From Candidatus Heimdallarchaeum aukensis (GTDB lineage: Archaea > Asgardarchaeota > Heimdallarchaeia > Heimdallarchaeales > Heimdallarchaeaceae): a stretch of DNA of 64,000 nt. The notes beneath the pieces were generated by a model, which worked only from the letters and a program-made list of their open reading frames with translations, was not told the origin of the DNA and made no database searches. Shown one piece after another: positions 19,659-27,967 of this stretch. The stretch is from the NCBI GenBank assembly GCA_021513695.1, contig CP084166.1, positions 2,048,001-2,112,000 on the forward strand, given 5' to 3'. The position numbers were made by a program, and so were the translations under genes. Numbering within the stretch: the stretch's first letter is position 1; each line of letters starts with the position of its first letter.

Positions 19659-19797
19659 TGGTGCCCCGACCGGGAACCTCAAAAAAAATGCCTCAACATT
19701 TTTCTTTTTGAACCCGGGTCTGCGGATATTCCTGCCACATCCGCGAACTTTAGCATGTGAAAGTCCGCAATGATTGGCCGAGCTACACCATCGGGGC
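19659..19797 (-). tRNA. tRNA-Glu(UUC) with two introns (anticodon loop and T loop), CCA encoded
   Basis: 5' GCCCCGATGGTGTAGCTCGGCCAATCAT is the typical archaeal tRNA-Glu start. Anticodon stem GCGGA/TCCGC with loop CT-TTC-A, then a ~30-nt insert. T arm CCGGG-TTCAA[~31 nt]TT-CCCGG. Acceptor 3' TCGGGGC-ACCA. Total 139 nt. Confidence 0.8.
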
Positions 19798-19999
19798 ATA
19801 GAGTTTTTGTCTTGTTGAAATGATAGAATTAAATTGATTTTTAATATTTTTGTTTGTCGTGTCCTCTTATTAATAATGATTTTCTTTATATTCTGTTATT
19901 ATCTTACAGAGATAAATTTAAAAAATAAATGTTAACTCGTTTCTTAATCCATATAGAAAAACTGCTCGTTTCCTACTTTGTTCATTTGCTTAAAATTTC

Positions 20000-20084
20000 G
20001 CGGGGATTGCCGAGCGGTCAAAGGCGCTGGACTTAGGATCCAGTCCTTAGTGGTTCGAGAGTTCGAATCTCTCTCCCCGCACCA
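20000..20084 (+). tRNA. tRNA-Leu(UAG), CCA encoded; integration target
   Basis: GCGGGGA-TT-GCCGAGCGGTCAAAGGC-G-CTGGA-CTTAGGA-TCCAG, then a long variable arm, then GAGAG-TTCGAAT-CTCTC-TCCCCGC-ACCA. Confidence 0.92.
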
Positions 20085-20095
20085 TTTCTTCTTTT
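20057..20095. repeat. attL core (39 bp)
   Basis: GAGAGTTCGAATCTCTCTCCCCGCACCATTTCTTCTTTT, identical to 22887-22925. Confidence 0.9.
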
Positions 20096-20098
20096 ATC

Positions 20099-20106
20099 TT
20101 TATATA
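20099..20106 (+). promoter_or_regulatory. TATA-box-like element upstream of the element ORF
   Basis: TTTATATA is centred about 26 nt upstream of ATG 20128, a spacing compatible with a leaderless archaeal transcript. Confidence 0.35.
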
Positions 20107-20127
20107 TTTCCTTTTCCTTTTTTCTTT

Positions 20128-22881
20128 ATGGTTGCTTTTTCTCCTACTTTTTCTGTTATCGATTCTTTCTCTTTTCTTCACGACCCTCAATTTGTTTTTT
20201 TACTTCAGACTTTTATTGATTCTTCCCCTGACTTTTTTTCGTTTCTTTCTCTTCTTTCTTCCTCTTCTCCCTCTTCTCTTTCTTCTTTTGTAAGGGACAT
20301 TTTTTTACTTATTTCTTTTGATGATCCTTTTTCTCTTTCTTCTTCCTCTTTTCATTTTTTTGATTCTCATTTTAATTGGAAATCTTTTCTTTCCTTTTTC
20401 CTTGATTCTTTTTCTTCCCGTAAATTTTCTCTTTGCAATTTTTCTTTATTTTATGCTCATTTTTCTTTTTTGCATTTTTCTATTCCTAATTTTTTATCTG
20501 ATTTTGCATTCTTTTTTTTATCTGATTTAGATTTTAATTTTTTATCTTCTTCCTTTTTCAGTTCTTTTTTCTCTTTTGAATCTTTTTATGATTTTTTCTT
20601 TTCTTATTTTGATTCTTTTTTACCTTCCTATCGTCTCCTTATGCGTCATCGTTTTAATTCTTCTCCTAACCATTTTTTTCCTCCTTTTCTTCCATTCCTT
20701 CGTTCTGAAGAGGTTAGCTCTTATTTTAAGTCCTTTCTGTATATTTGTGGCTTTGATAAATCTGTTTTCGGTTTTGGTTCTTCTCGTGCTAAGGTTGATC
20801 CTCGTCAATTTGCTGAGTCTTTTCAAACTTCTTGGATTAAATTGCACTTTCATTTAGACAAAATGCGTTTTCCTTTTACTCTTTCTTCTACTCGTGTTCT
20901 TTCTCTTTATCATCCTGGTCGTTATGTTTCTTCTGTTAATCCAAGTAATGGTTTTGACGATCTAATTGTTTTTTCTTCCTCCTCTTCCATTCCATCCTCT
21001 CTTTCCTCTTCTCCTTCTTCTCTTTCTTCCTTTTCTTCTCCCGTTTCTCCCTGCTTTACTATTTGTGTTATTGAGCAAAAAATGAACCATTTAGACGTTA
21101 AGCGTTTAGATAGTCCTTCTTCCTCTTCCGATTTTACGCGTTATCTCTCTTACCTTGCTAAAACCCACTTAAATCCCTTTATTCTTCTTTTACAAGCGTT
21201 TCATTATCCTGAAAAAGATAGACTTAAATTGTCCTCTCTATTGTATGATCGCTCTTTAACTTATTCTAACTCTGTTGGATTAGACTTTTTACGTAAAATC
21301 ACGAATGGTGATTTTCTATCTTCTCTTAAACTAATTGAACCTTCTTTAGATGATCAAACTATCAATAATATTCTTCGGGGTTCTATTATCCAGCACCAGC
21401 TTATTTCTTTGATTAAGTCTGGTTTTTGTTTTAAATTGGCTTTTGTTGATGGTTATTATACCGTTAAAAAGAGGTATCCTGGTGACCTGGTCTCTTCTGT
21501 TATATGTTATTATAATTGTTTAAATGGTTCTTGCGTTGAAATCCATTTTCCTTCGTCGCTATTTGAAATAAGAATAGATTCTAGGGGTCATTTTCTTGTA
21601 CCTCAGTACTCTGAATCTCAGATTTCTTCATATGCAAAGACAGAAAACGAGCTTATGGCTTATCAGGAACTCAACAATCTATTTAACACTTTACGGAGCG
21701 ATATGATTTTTAATGTAAATATTTTGTCTCTCCCTCCTTTTGAAATTGTAAAAAAAGTTAATTTATATCAAAAAAAGATTCTCTTTTTTTTACTTAATTC
21801 TAGACGAATTGCTGATTTAAGTATCTTTAACGATGGTTTTGTTAAATCTTATTTGGAAATTTTTACTTTACCAAAAACAGCTCATCGGATCAAGAGATAC
21901 TTATCCTATATACACGATTCACTTTCAATTTTTCCCTATTCGTTTTATCAGCAGTGGAATGCTCCTTTTGGCGATAGACTAAAAAACATGTTCTCTGGTT
22001 CTTTTAGTCGTGATACCCTTCTTTGTAAGCGTTTTAAAGAAAAGCTTCTTGAGTTTATTTTATCCTCTGATTATGATTTTTCCGAAATGCCTTTAGAATT
22101 TATTGAAACTAAGTTACGTCATTCACCTGATATTCAAATTTTTTTAGATTGCTATTTTAGTCAGTTTGCTCTTTATCCTGACGGTAATTTTTTACGGTTT
22201 AAACATAATAAAATTTCTTTGAAAGCTCTTGCTTTTTGGGATGAGACCAACAATCAATGGTTTTCGCTTAACAAGAAGCGTTTTTACATTTTATTGAACT
22301 TTGAAGATATTTTAGCTAATATAAGTAAGGAAGTGTCTTTTAAAGTAACAAAAAATCTTTTGCTTTTTCCTATTAAATTTAGTTTAAATAAACGCACAGG
22401 GCAGTTATCAGCTCTATTTAATACTGATTTTACTAACACTGAAGTAAACAGAATTTGGGTTGCATATCTTAAAAAATTGAAAGGAATGGATCTTTCCTTT
22501 GAGATTTTGTCCTCTTTTTCTTATGGTCAACGAAATAAGCGGAGTGGAATTGATTTATTCTATAACTGTAACCAAAAAAAGCTTTCAATATTGTTGGCAA
22601 TATTATCAGAAACTATTAAGTTGTGGAGTTTGGTTAAAGAACTTGTCCTTAACGTTGTTTATAAAAAATTAGATTCTGAAATGGATAAAATTATCTTATC
22701 TACCAAAGGAGATAAAATTGTTCTCAATGGCAAGCAATACAAAATGGTCTTACTCAATTACAATGAAAGTAATTCAAGGGTTAGGTGGTCGTTTAAACAC
22801 TACCTATTTCCTGTTGAAGGAACAATTATTGATGATTTTGTTAAAAAATGTTATTCTATTTATACTGATTTATTTTCTTAG
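20128..22881 (+). CDS. orphan protein of the tRNA-Leu element (about 917 aa; N-terminal third F/S/L-rich low complexity)
   Basis: First ATG after the tRNA in the long frame. The track start 19978 reads through the tRNA gene and is rejected. The stop lies 5 nt before attR. The C-terminal ~600 aa has ordinary composition. I recognise no recombinase or Rep motif. Confidence 0.55.
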   Translation: MVAFSPTFSVIDSFSFLHDPQFVFLLQTFIDSSPDFFSFLSLLSSSSPSSLSSFVRDIFLLISFDDPFSLSSSSFHFFDSHFNWKSFLSFFLDSFSSRKFSLCNFSLFYAHFSFLHFSIPNFLSDFAFFFLSDLDFNFLSSSFFSSFFSFESFYDFFFSYFDSFLPSYRLLMRHRFNSSPNHFFPPFLPFLRSEEVSSYFKSFLYICGFDKSVFGFGSSRAKVDPRQFAESFQTSWIKLHFHLDKMRFPFTLSSTRVLSLYHPGRYVSSVNPSNGFDDLIVFSSSSSIPSSLSSSPSSLSSFSSPVSPCFTICVIEQKMNHLDVKRLDSPSSSSDFTRYLSYLAKTHLNPFILLLQAFHYPEKDRLKLSSLLYDRSLTYSNSVGLDFLRKITNGDFLSSLKLIEPSLDDQTINNILRGSIIQHQLISLIKSGFCFKLAFVDGYYTVKKRYPGDLVSSVICYYNCLNGSCVEIHFPSSLFEIRIDSRGHFLVPQYSESQISSYAKTENELMAYQELNNLFNTLRSDMIFNVNILSLPPFEIVKKVNLYQKKILFFLLNSRRIADLSIFNDGFVKSYLEIFTLPKTAHRIKRYLSYIHDSLSIFPYSFYQQWNAPFGDRLKNMFSGSFSRDTLLCKRFKEKLLEFILSSDYDFSEMPLEFIETKLRHSPDIQIFLDCYFSQFALYPDGNFLRFKHNKISLKALAFWDETNNQWFSLNKKRFYILLNFEDILANISKEVSFKVTKNLLLFPIKFSLNKRTGQLSALFNTDFTNTEVNRIWVAYLKKLKGMDLSFEILSSFSYGQRNKRSGIDLFYNCNQKKLSILLAILSETIKLWSLVKELVLNVVYKKLDSEMDKIILSTKGDKIVLNGKQYKMVLLNYNESNSRVRWSFKHYLFPVEGTIIDDFVKKCYSIYTDLFS

Positions 22882-22886
22882 GCTTG

Positions 22887-22925
22887 GAGAGTTCGAATCT
22901 CTCTCCCCGCACCATTTCTTCTTTT
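22887..22925. repeat. attR core (39 bp)
   Basis: Identical copy of 20057-20095. Confidence 0.9.
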
Positions 22926-22968
22926 CTTTTGTTTTCTTTTTCGTTTTGTTTCGTTTTGTTTATTTTTT

Positions 22969-23010
22969 GATAGTGATAGTGATAGTTACACCTTTTTTGA
23001 TAGTGATAGA
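22969..23010. repeat. GATAGT hexamer array (3 copies, 12-nt spacer, 2 copies)
   Basis: TTTTTTGATAGTGATAGTGATAGTtacaccTTTTTTGATAGTGATAGA, read directly from the sequence. Confidence 0.85.
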
Positions 23011-23012
23011 CT

Positions 23013-23708
23013 TTATTTTTCTCTTATTGTTCCGTAAATTCTCATATATCTTGGTTTTATTTTTTTTCTTTTGATGTATCTTTTTATTATCGTCACATCT
23101 ACTATTATTTTTACTCCTATCATTATCATCAATATTGTTTCTATTGTTCCATTGAATACCAGTAGATAAATTAGGAATTCTTCATCTCCTGCTGCATTAG
23201 CTATTGAAGCTATTACTGAAACAATTATTGAATAGAATCCGAATATTTGGTATAATATACTTCCCACTTTAATATCTGTTATTTTTTTTATTCTTGTTAG
23301 CATTAGATCTATTTTTCTGAATCCTATTGCTCTTGACGCTAGACTTATTAGAATCGCAAAGCTTCCGAAAACCACACTTCCTATAGTGAATGGTTTTAAT
23401 ATTTCTCCTATTGCATAAATCAACAAATATGTTCTTCCTTGCATTCCTTCCTTTCTGACGTGGTCTTTAAAGTATAGGTCTGCTATTCCTCCGAAGCTTA
23501 ATGCTATTGGTATTAAGCTTAGAGCTATTACTGCAGCAAAAATATAATCAAAAAACCAATTTACTGCTCTTAAGTATTGTATTGTCCTGTTCGACAGATT
23601 TATTGCTGCTGCTATTGTAAACAAAATGCTTCCCGTTATTGCTAAAAAAGAAAATTTGTTTATTTCTGTGTTAAATATTTTCTTCTGCTTTTCTTCGTTT
23701 GAGACCAT
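23013..23708 (-). CDS. hypothetical polytopic membrane protein (paralogue of 27285-27950)
   Basis: About 6 TM. It aligns by eye with the 27285-27950 product, for example FGFYSIIVSVIASIANA..LIYLLVFNGTIETILMIMIGVKIIVD against FGSYRIVVAIVVGIAANV..LYLIAVNATLEAIFTFIIGIKLLID. Confidence 0.65.
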   Translation of the reverse strand: MVSNEEKQKKIFNTEINKFSFLAITGSILFTIAAAINLSNRTIQYLRAVNWFFDYIFAAVIALSLIPIALSFGGIADLYFKDHVRKEGMQGRTYLLIYAIGEILKPFTIGSVVFGSFAILISLASRAIGFRKIDLMLTRIKKITDIKVGSILYQIFGFYSIIVSVIASIANAAGDEEFLIYLLVFNGTIETILMIMIGVKIIVDVTIIKRYIKRKKIKPRYMRIYGTIREK

Positions 23709-23723
23709 GCTTAAACCCTTTTT

Positions 23724-24593
23724 TTATACTTCTGATGCTAAGAGAAAGTCTGCTTCCTTTGCGTTAAATGAGCTTCTCACAAACGGAGCTGAAGCTACGA
23801 ACTTAAATCCCAGCTCATAACCTATTTTTTCATATTCCTTAAAAGTATCTGGGTGAACGTATTCTTCTATTTCTAAGTTTGAGCTTGGTGGTTTCAGATA
23901 TTGTCCTATAGTTAATATGTCACAATCTACTTTTCTTAAATCCTTTAATACTTGTATTACTTCTTCTTTTGTTTCTCCTAGTCCAACCATTATTCCTGAT
24001 TTAGTTAATATTTCCTTACTATATTCTTTGACCATCTTCAGTACTTTTAATGATATTTCATAATTTGCTTGTGGTGTGACTTTTTTATATAATCTTGGTA
24101 CTACCTCTACATTGTGATTAATTATGTTTGGTTTTGCTTCTATTATTGTTTTAATGCTCTCCTCTTTTCCTTTCATGTCAGGTATAAGTAGTTCTATTAT
24201 CAAATCTTCTTTATATTCTCTTAATTTTCTTGTTATTTCGGCGAAATGTGCAGCTCCTCCATCTGGTAAATCATCTCTTGTTACTGATGTGACTACTACG
24301 TGCTCTAAATTTAGTTTTTTAGCTGCTTCAACAATATGTTTTGGTTCCATGGGATCTAGTGGTTGTGGTCTTCCTGTTGTAATATCGCAAAATTTACAAT
24401 TTCTTGTACAGACATTTCCCATCACTAGAAATGTTGCAGTTTTATTTACAAAGCATTTTCCTATATTTGGGCACATTGATTCTTCGCATACTGTATGTAG
24501 ATGCAGTTCTCTCATAAGTTTTTGAACTTGTTTTATCTCTTCCCTCTGCACCTTCCCAATTCTTAACCATTCTGGCTTTCTTACATTTGGCAT
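23724..24593 (-). CDS. lipA: lipoyl synthase
   Basis: Auxiliary cluster CEESMCPNIGKC and radical-SAM cluster CTRNCKFC. The length and remaining sequence are typical of LipA. Confidence 0.92.
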   Translation of the reverse strand: MPNVRKPEWLRIGKVQREEIKQVQKLMRELHLHTVCEESMCPNIGKCFVNKTATFLVMGNVCTRNCKFCDITTGRPQPLDPMEPKHIVEAAKKLNLEHVVVTSVTRDDLPDGGAAHFAEITRKLREYKEDLIIELLIPDMKGKEESIKTIIEAKPNIINHNVEVVPRLYKKVTPQANYEISLKVLKMVKEYSKEILTKSGIMVGLGETKEEVIQVLKDLRKVDCDILTIGQYLKPPSSNLEIEEYVHPDTFKEYEKIGYELGFKFVASAPFVRSSFNAKEADFLLASEV

Positions 24594-24617
24594 TATTACT
24601 CACTTTTCTTTATTGTT

Positions 24618-25349
24618 TTATTGTTTTTCTATTTCTCTTTCTCTTTCTTTTTTTTCTATTTTTGTCAATAAATCTCTTGGTGAAAGATCCTTAATTTCTA
24701 TGTTAAATACTTTAGTAAAATTGTTTTTAAATTTCTCATACACTTCACGCATATCAACGCTTCTATTTAGAACTTCCTCGAGTGATATGGGTATAAAATC
24801 TGTTATTCCGCATGGAATTATCATTTGAAAATGACTCATATTTGTATTTACATTCAGTGCTAATCCGTGTGATGTTATATGCTTTGATGCTCTCGCTCCG
24901 ACAGCAGCTATTTTGGATATTTGACCATTATGTTCTATCCACACTCCAGGATATTCTTCTCTTCTGAAACCTTTTATGTTGTATTCCATTATCGTTTGAA
25001 TTACTACTTCTTCCATTTTGTGAACGAACTCGGGTATAGTGATTTTCAATTGTATTAAATCTAATAAAAAGTAAGCTACTAATTGTCCTGGGCCGTGATA
25101 TGTTACTTTTCCACCTCTTCTAATTTCAACAACTTCAATTCCTTCTTTTTCCAACACCTCATCACTAACAAGAATTTCACTTCTCTTTCCTTGTTTCCCT
25201 AAAGTAAAAACTGGTGGATCATGTTGTAACAATAACAGAAAATTGTCGTATTGTCTATCTTCCTCTTTTATGTTTCTTATTTTATTCTGTATCTCTAATG
25301 CGCTTAAATAATCGATAGTATCGTATTTTATAACAAAACATTCACTCAT
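24618..25349 (-). CDS. lipB: octanoyltransferase (lipoate-protein ligase B)
   Basis: RRGGKVTYHGPGQLVAY and KIAAVGAR ... HGLALNV motifs. The gene is adjacent to lipA. Confidence 0.9.
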   Translation of the reverse strand: MSECFVIKYDTIDYLSALEIQNKIRNIKEEDRQYDNFLLLLQHDPPVFTLGKQGKRSEILVSDEVLEKEGIEVVEIRRGGKVTYHGPGQLVAYFLLDLIQLKITIPEFVHKMEEVVIQTIMEYNIKGFRREEYPGVWIEHNGQISKIAAVGARASKHITSHGLALNVNTNMSHFQMIIPCGITDFIPISLEEVLNRSVDMREVYEKFKNNFTKVFNIEIKDLSPRDLLTKIEKKEREREIEKQ

Positions 25350-25519
25350 TAAGTTATTTTTTTCTTATTCTTTTTACAGATTTCGATTGGACGATACCCC
25401 TAATATTTGTGATTAAAACTCTCTTTCTTTTATTTTTGTCCTTTTTTAAAGAAACACTAAATTCAAAAACTTGAAAAAGGTACTAATCAACGCTCCTATG
25501 AGATAAAAAGGTGAACTCA

Positions 25520-25786
25520 ATGAGCGTAAAAGTTTACAAAATTACTGGACATTATAAGAAGGGCAAACAAAGGATAAAATTCAGCAAGTTTGTTCGTGCG
25601 TTAAATCCACAAGATGCTTTGGAAAATATTTATGCAATTATGGGTAGTAAACATCACGTAAAGAGAACTGAGATCGTTCTTACTGAAGATAGCATTCGTG
25701 AAATTACTGATCCCAATGAAATAACAGATCAGTATGTTCATACATTCACAACTGACGATAACCTAAAAATCCCAAAAAAGGCTTAG
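25520..25786 (+). CDS. rplX: 50S ribosomal protein LX (eL20/L18Ae family)
   Basis: MSVKVYKITGHYKKGKQRIKFSKFVRALNPQDALE is typical of archaeal LX. It lies in the conserved LX-prefoldin alpha-FtsY order. ATG 25520 is preferred to the track GTG 25511. Confidence 0.8.
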   Translation: MSVKVYKITGHYKKGKQRIKFSKFVRALNPQDALENIYAIMGSKHHVKRTEIVLTEDSIREITDPNEITDQYVHTFTTDDNLKIPKKA

Positions 25787-25787
25787 T

Positions 25788-26225
25788 GTGATAAGATTGG
25801 CAAGTAATAAACCCCAAATTGGCCAGGAAGAATTAAGTAAGTTACTTTATTCTGCTCAACAACTAGAGCAACAAGCTGGTCAATATCAGAAACAGCTAGA
25901 GGTCTTTCAAAGTTATTTAGCTGATATGAATAATGCTGAAAAAGCAATGAAAGAGCTCAAGAATATCTCTGATGAAAAAAATATTCTCGTTCCAATAGGT
26001 GCAGGTAATTTCATTCATGCATCAGTAAAGAAAACAGAGAAAGTTATTTCCTCTTTAGGTGCAGGAGTACATGCAGAGATACCAATCGACCAGGCATTAG
26101 CTAACATAGAAAAAAGAAAAACTGATGTAAACAATCAAATCTCACAAGTACAGGCAAATTATAACCAAGTAATTGAGAGACTAAAAGAAATCGATTCTTT
26201 TGTTAGAATGATACAACAAGGATAA
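25788..26225 (+). CDS. pfdA: prefoldin alpha subunit
   Basis: About 145 aa with coiled coil, beta hairpins (ILVPIGAGNFIHASV) and a second coiled coil. Conserved position before ftsY. Confidence 0.8.
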   Translation: MIRLASNKPQIGQEELSKLLYSAQQLEQQAGQYQKQLEVFQSYLADMNNAEKAMKELKNISDEKNILVPIGAGNFIHASVKKTEKVISSLGAGVHAEIPIDQALANIEKRKTDVNNQISQVQANYNQVIERLKEIDSFVRMIQQG

Positions 26226-26260
26226 TCTTTCTTTACGGGGGAATTTTTTTGTTCAAAAAT

Positions 26261-27163
26261 ATGAAAAAAAGCCTTTCTTCTCTTTTGAAGAAGATCACTA
26301 TTGCCGAACTTAACCAAAAGACTATAAAAAAGGTAATTCACCCCCTTAAGGACATACTAATACAAAATGAAGTAGCGGTGGTAACAGCTGATAAAATTTG
26401 TGAAAGTGTTTCAGATAAGTTACTAAATGTTGAGTATAAACGTATGTCTTCTCCAAAAAGCCTTATCCTAGAAGCTTTACGCTCTTCATTATTAGAAATT
26501 TTACAACCAGAAGAGACAATTGATTTATTGAGTTTAGTAGAAGAATATAAAAAGAAAAAACAGCCTTTAGTCATTGCCTTCTTTGGAATAAATGGCGTTG
26601 GTAAAACTCTTTCAATAGCTAAATTAGGCTATTACTTGAAAAAAAATGACATTTCTTCTGTTTTTGCTGCGTCAGATACCTTTAGAGCTGGAAGTATACA
26701 ACAATTGGAGCAACATGCAAAAAAAGTAGGGGTAAAAATTATTTCTCAAACATATGGTTCTGATGCTGCAGCAGTAGCTTTTGATGCAGTATCACATGCT
26801 TCAGCTAAAGGAATTGATGTAGTTCTAATTGATACGGCAGGAAGGATGGAAACAAATAAGAACTTAATGGCTGAATTACAGAAATTAGATAGAGTTGTTG
26901 AACCTGATTTGAAGATTTTTGTAGGTGATGCTTTAACAGGTAATTCTTTAGTATCTCAAGCAGAATTATTTAATAGTAAGATAGGTATTGATGCTTCAAT
27001 TATTAATAAGATGGATGCAGATGTTAAAGGAGGAGCAACAATCTCTGTTGTGCATGCTACAAGGAAACCAATTTTATTTATAGGCGTAGGACAAAAATAT
27101 AATGACTTAAAACCATTTATTCCTGAACAAATAATCAAGAATGTTCTTCCAGATAAAATTTGA
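26261..27163 (+). CDS. ftsY: signal recognition particle receptor FtsY
   Basis: SRP-GTPase motifs FFGINGVGKT, DTFRAG, DTAGR and NKMD. ATG 26261 is preferred to the track TTG 26249. Confidence 0.92.
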   Translation: MKKSLSSLLKKITIAELNQKTIKKVIHPLKDILIQNEVAVVTADKICESVSDKLLNVEYKRMSSPKSLILEALRSSLLEILQPEETIDLLSLVEEYKKKKQPLVIAFFGINGVGKTLSIAKLGYYLKKNDISSVFAASDTFRAGSIQQLEQHAKKVGVKIISQTYGSDAAAVAFDAVSHASAKGIDVVLIDTAGRMETNKNLMAELQKLDRVVEPDLKIFVGDALTGNSLVSQAELFNSKIGIDASIINKMDADVKGGATISVVHATRKPILFIGVGQKYNDLKPFIPEQIIKNVLPDKI

Positions 27164-27284
27164 ATTGAACCTTTTCACCTTTTACACTTGGAGTTCTATA
27201 GATAACTTGATTATTCACTATCGTAATGTTTAAAGAACTGATTTTTTGTTTGAAAACTACTAACGATAAGGTTTGTGAATTAAA

Positions 27285-27950
27285 TTGGACGTTTCTCACG
27301 AAGCATTACTACCGTTAAAAATAGAATATCATTTTAAGGAAACATTCATTTGGAGCTTTTCAGGTGTAATTTTGTTATTGCTTTCTTCATTATTCAACAT
27401 CATAGACCTTTTAGTTACAAGATGGGCTTATGTCGGATGGTTCCGACAATACCTAATAAGATCAACGATGTCTATTAGCTTTCTTCCCCTTGCAATAGGT
27501 TTTGGGATGATTTTTTCTAACTTTTTTGTAGGTTTTATAAGGCGAGAAGGAGAATTAGCAAAAAATTGGCTGATTGTTTATAGTATAGCAGAAATGGTCT
27601 CGCTTTTTACATTAAGTACAATAGTATTAGGTGCGTTTACTCTGCTAGCAATTATTTTCGGTAAATTGATAGCATTTATTTACTTAGACAGAGTTTTTTT
27701 GAAACTTAAAAAAAATGATGAGGTAAAGATAAATTTTAGTTTAATTTATCCGCTTTTTGGCTCCTACAGGATAGTAGTAGCTATAGTTGTAGGAATAGCA
27801 GCAAATGTAAGAGATTATGAAACAGAGCTATATTTGATAGCTGTAAATGCAACACTAGAAGCAATTTTTACCTTTATTATAGGAATAAAGTTGTTAATAG
27901 ACCTACTTAAAATTCGTTCTTATATAAATAGTAAAAGAAAGAAAAAATGA
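27285..27950 (+). CDS. hypothetical polytopic membrane protein (paralogue of 23013-23708)
   Basis: See 23013-23708. TTG start as given in the track. Confidence 0.6.
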   Translation: MDVSHEALLPLKIEYHFKETFIWSFSGVILLLLSSLFNIIDLLVTRWAYVGWFRQYLIRSTMSISFLPLAIGFGMIFSNFFVGFIRREGELAKNWLIVYSIAEMVSLFTLSTIVLGAFTLLAIIFGKLIAFIYLDRVFLKLKKNDEVKINFSLIYPLFGSYRIVVAIVVGIAANVRDYETELYLIAVNATLEAIFTFIIGIKLLIDLLKIRSYINSKRKKK

Positions 27951-27967
27951 AAAATAAAATCTTTGAA

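Larger units (their letters stand above)
20057..22925 (+). mobile_element. putative integrated element (2.83 kb) in the 3' half of tRNA-Leu(UAG), bounded by attL/attR
   Basis: Perfect 39-bp direct repeat at 20057-20095 and 22887-22925. The repeat covers the T arm, acceptor 3' strand and CCA of the tRNA plus 11 nt downstream. A single long ORF lies between the copies. Confidence 0.7.

Noticed and set aside
19978-20127. The track start of the 967-aa ORF upstream of and through tRNA-Leu
   Set aside because: This part of the frame overlaps an intact tRNA gene. The frame is open only because no stop happens to occur. The first plausible start is ATG 20128, after the att core and the TATA-like box.
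20318-20857. Alternative-frame and antisense ORFs inside the element (20318-20530, 20576-20857, 20620-20853)
   Set aside because: All frames stay open in the T/C-only tract. These are by-products of composition.
22060-22160. KLRHS stretch in the element protein as a possible tyrosine-recombinase box II
   Set aside because: It is a single short resemblance. There is no identifiable box I arginine, no HxxR histidine and no downstream catalytic tyrosine context.
22718-23074. 118-aa ORF crossing attR and the GATAGT array
   Set aside because: As a linear gene it is implausible. It overlaps the end of the long ORF, reads through the att core and hexamer repeats, and overlaps the convergent membrane-protein gene. 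It is kept only as a note on the hypothetical circular form.
24124-24525. 133-aa plus-strand ORF
   Set aside because: It lies antisense to lipA, which has an intact radical-SAM motif.
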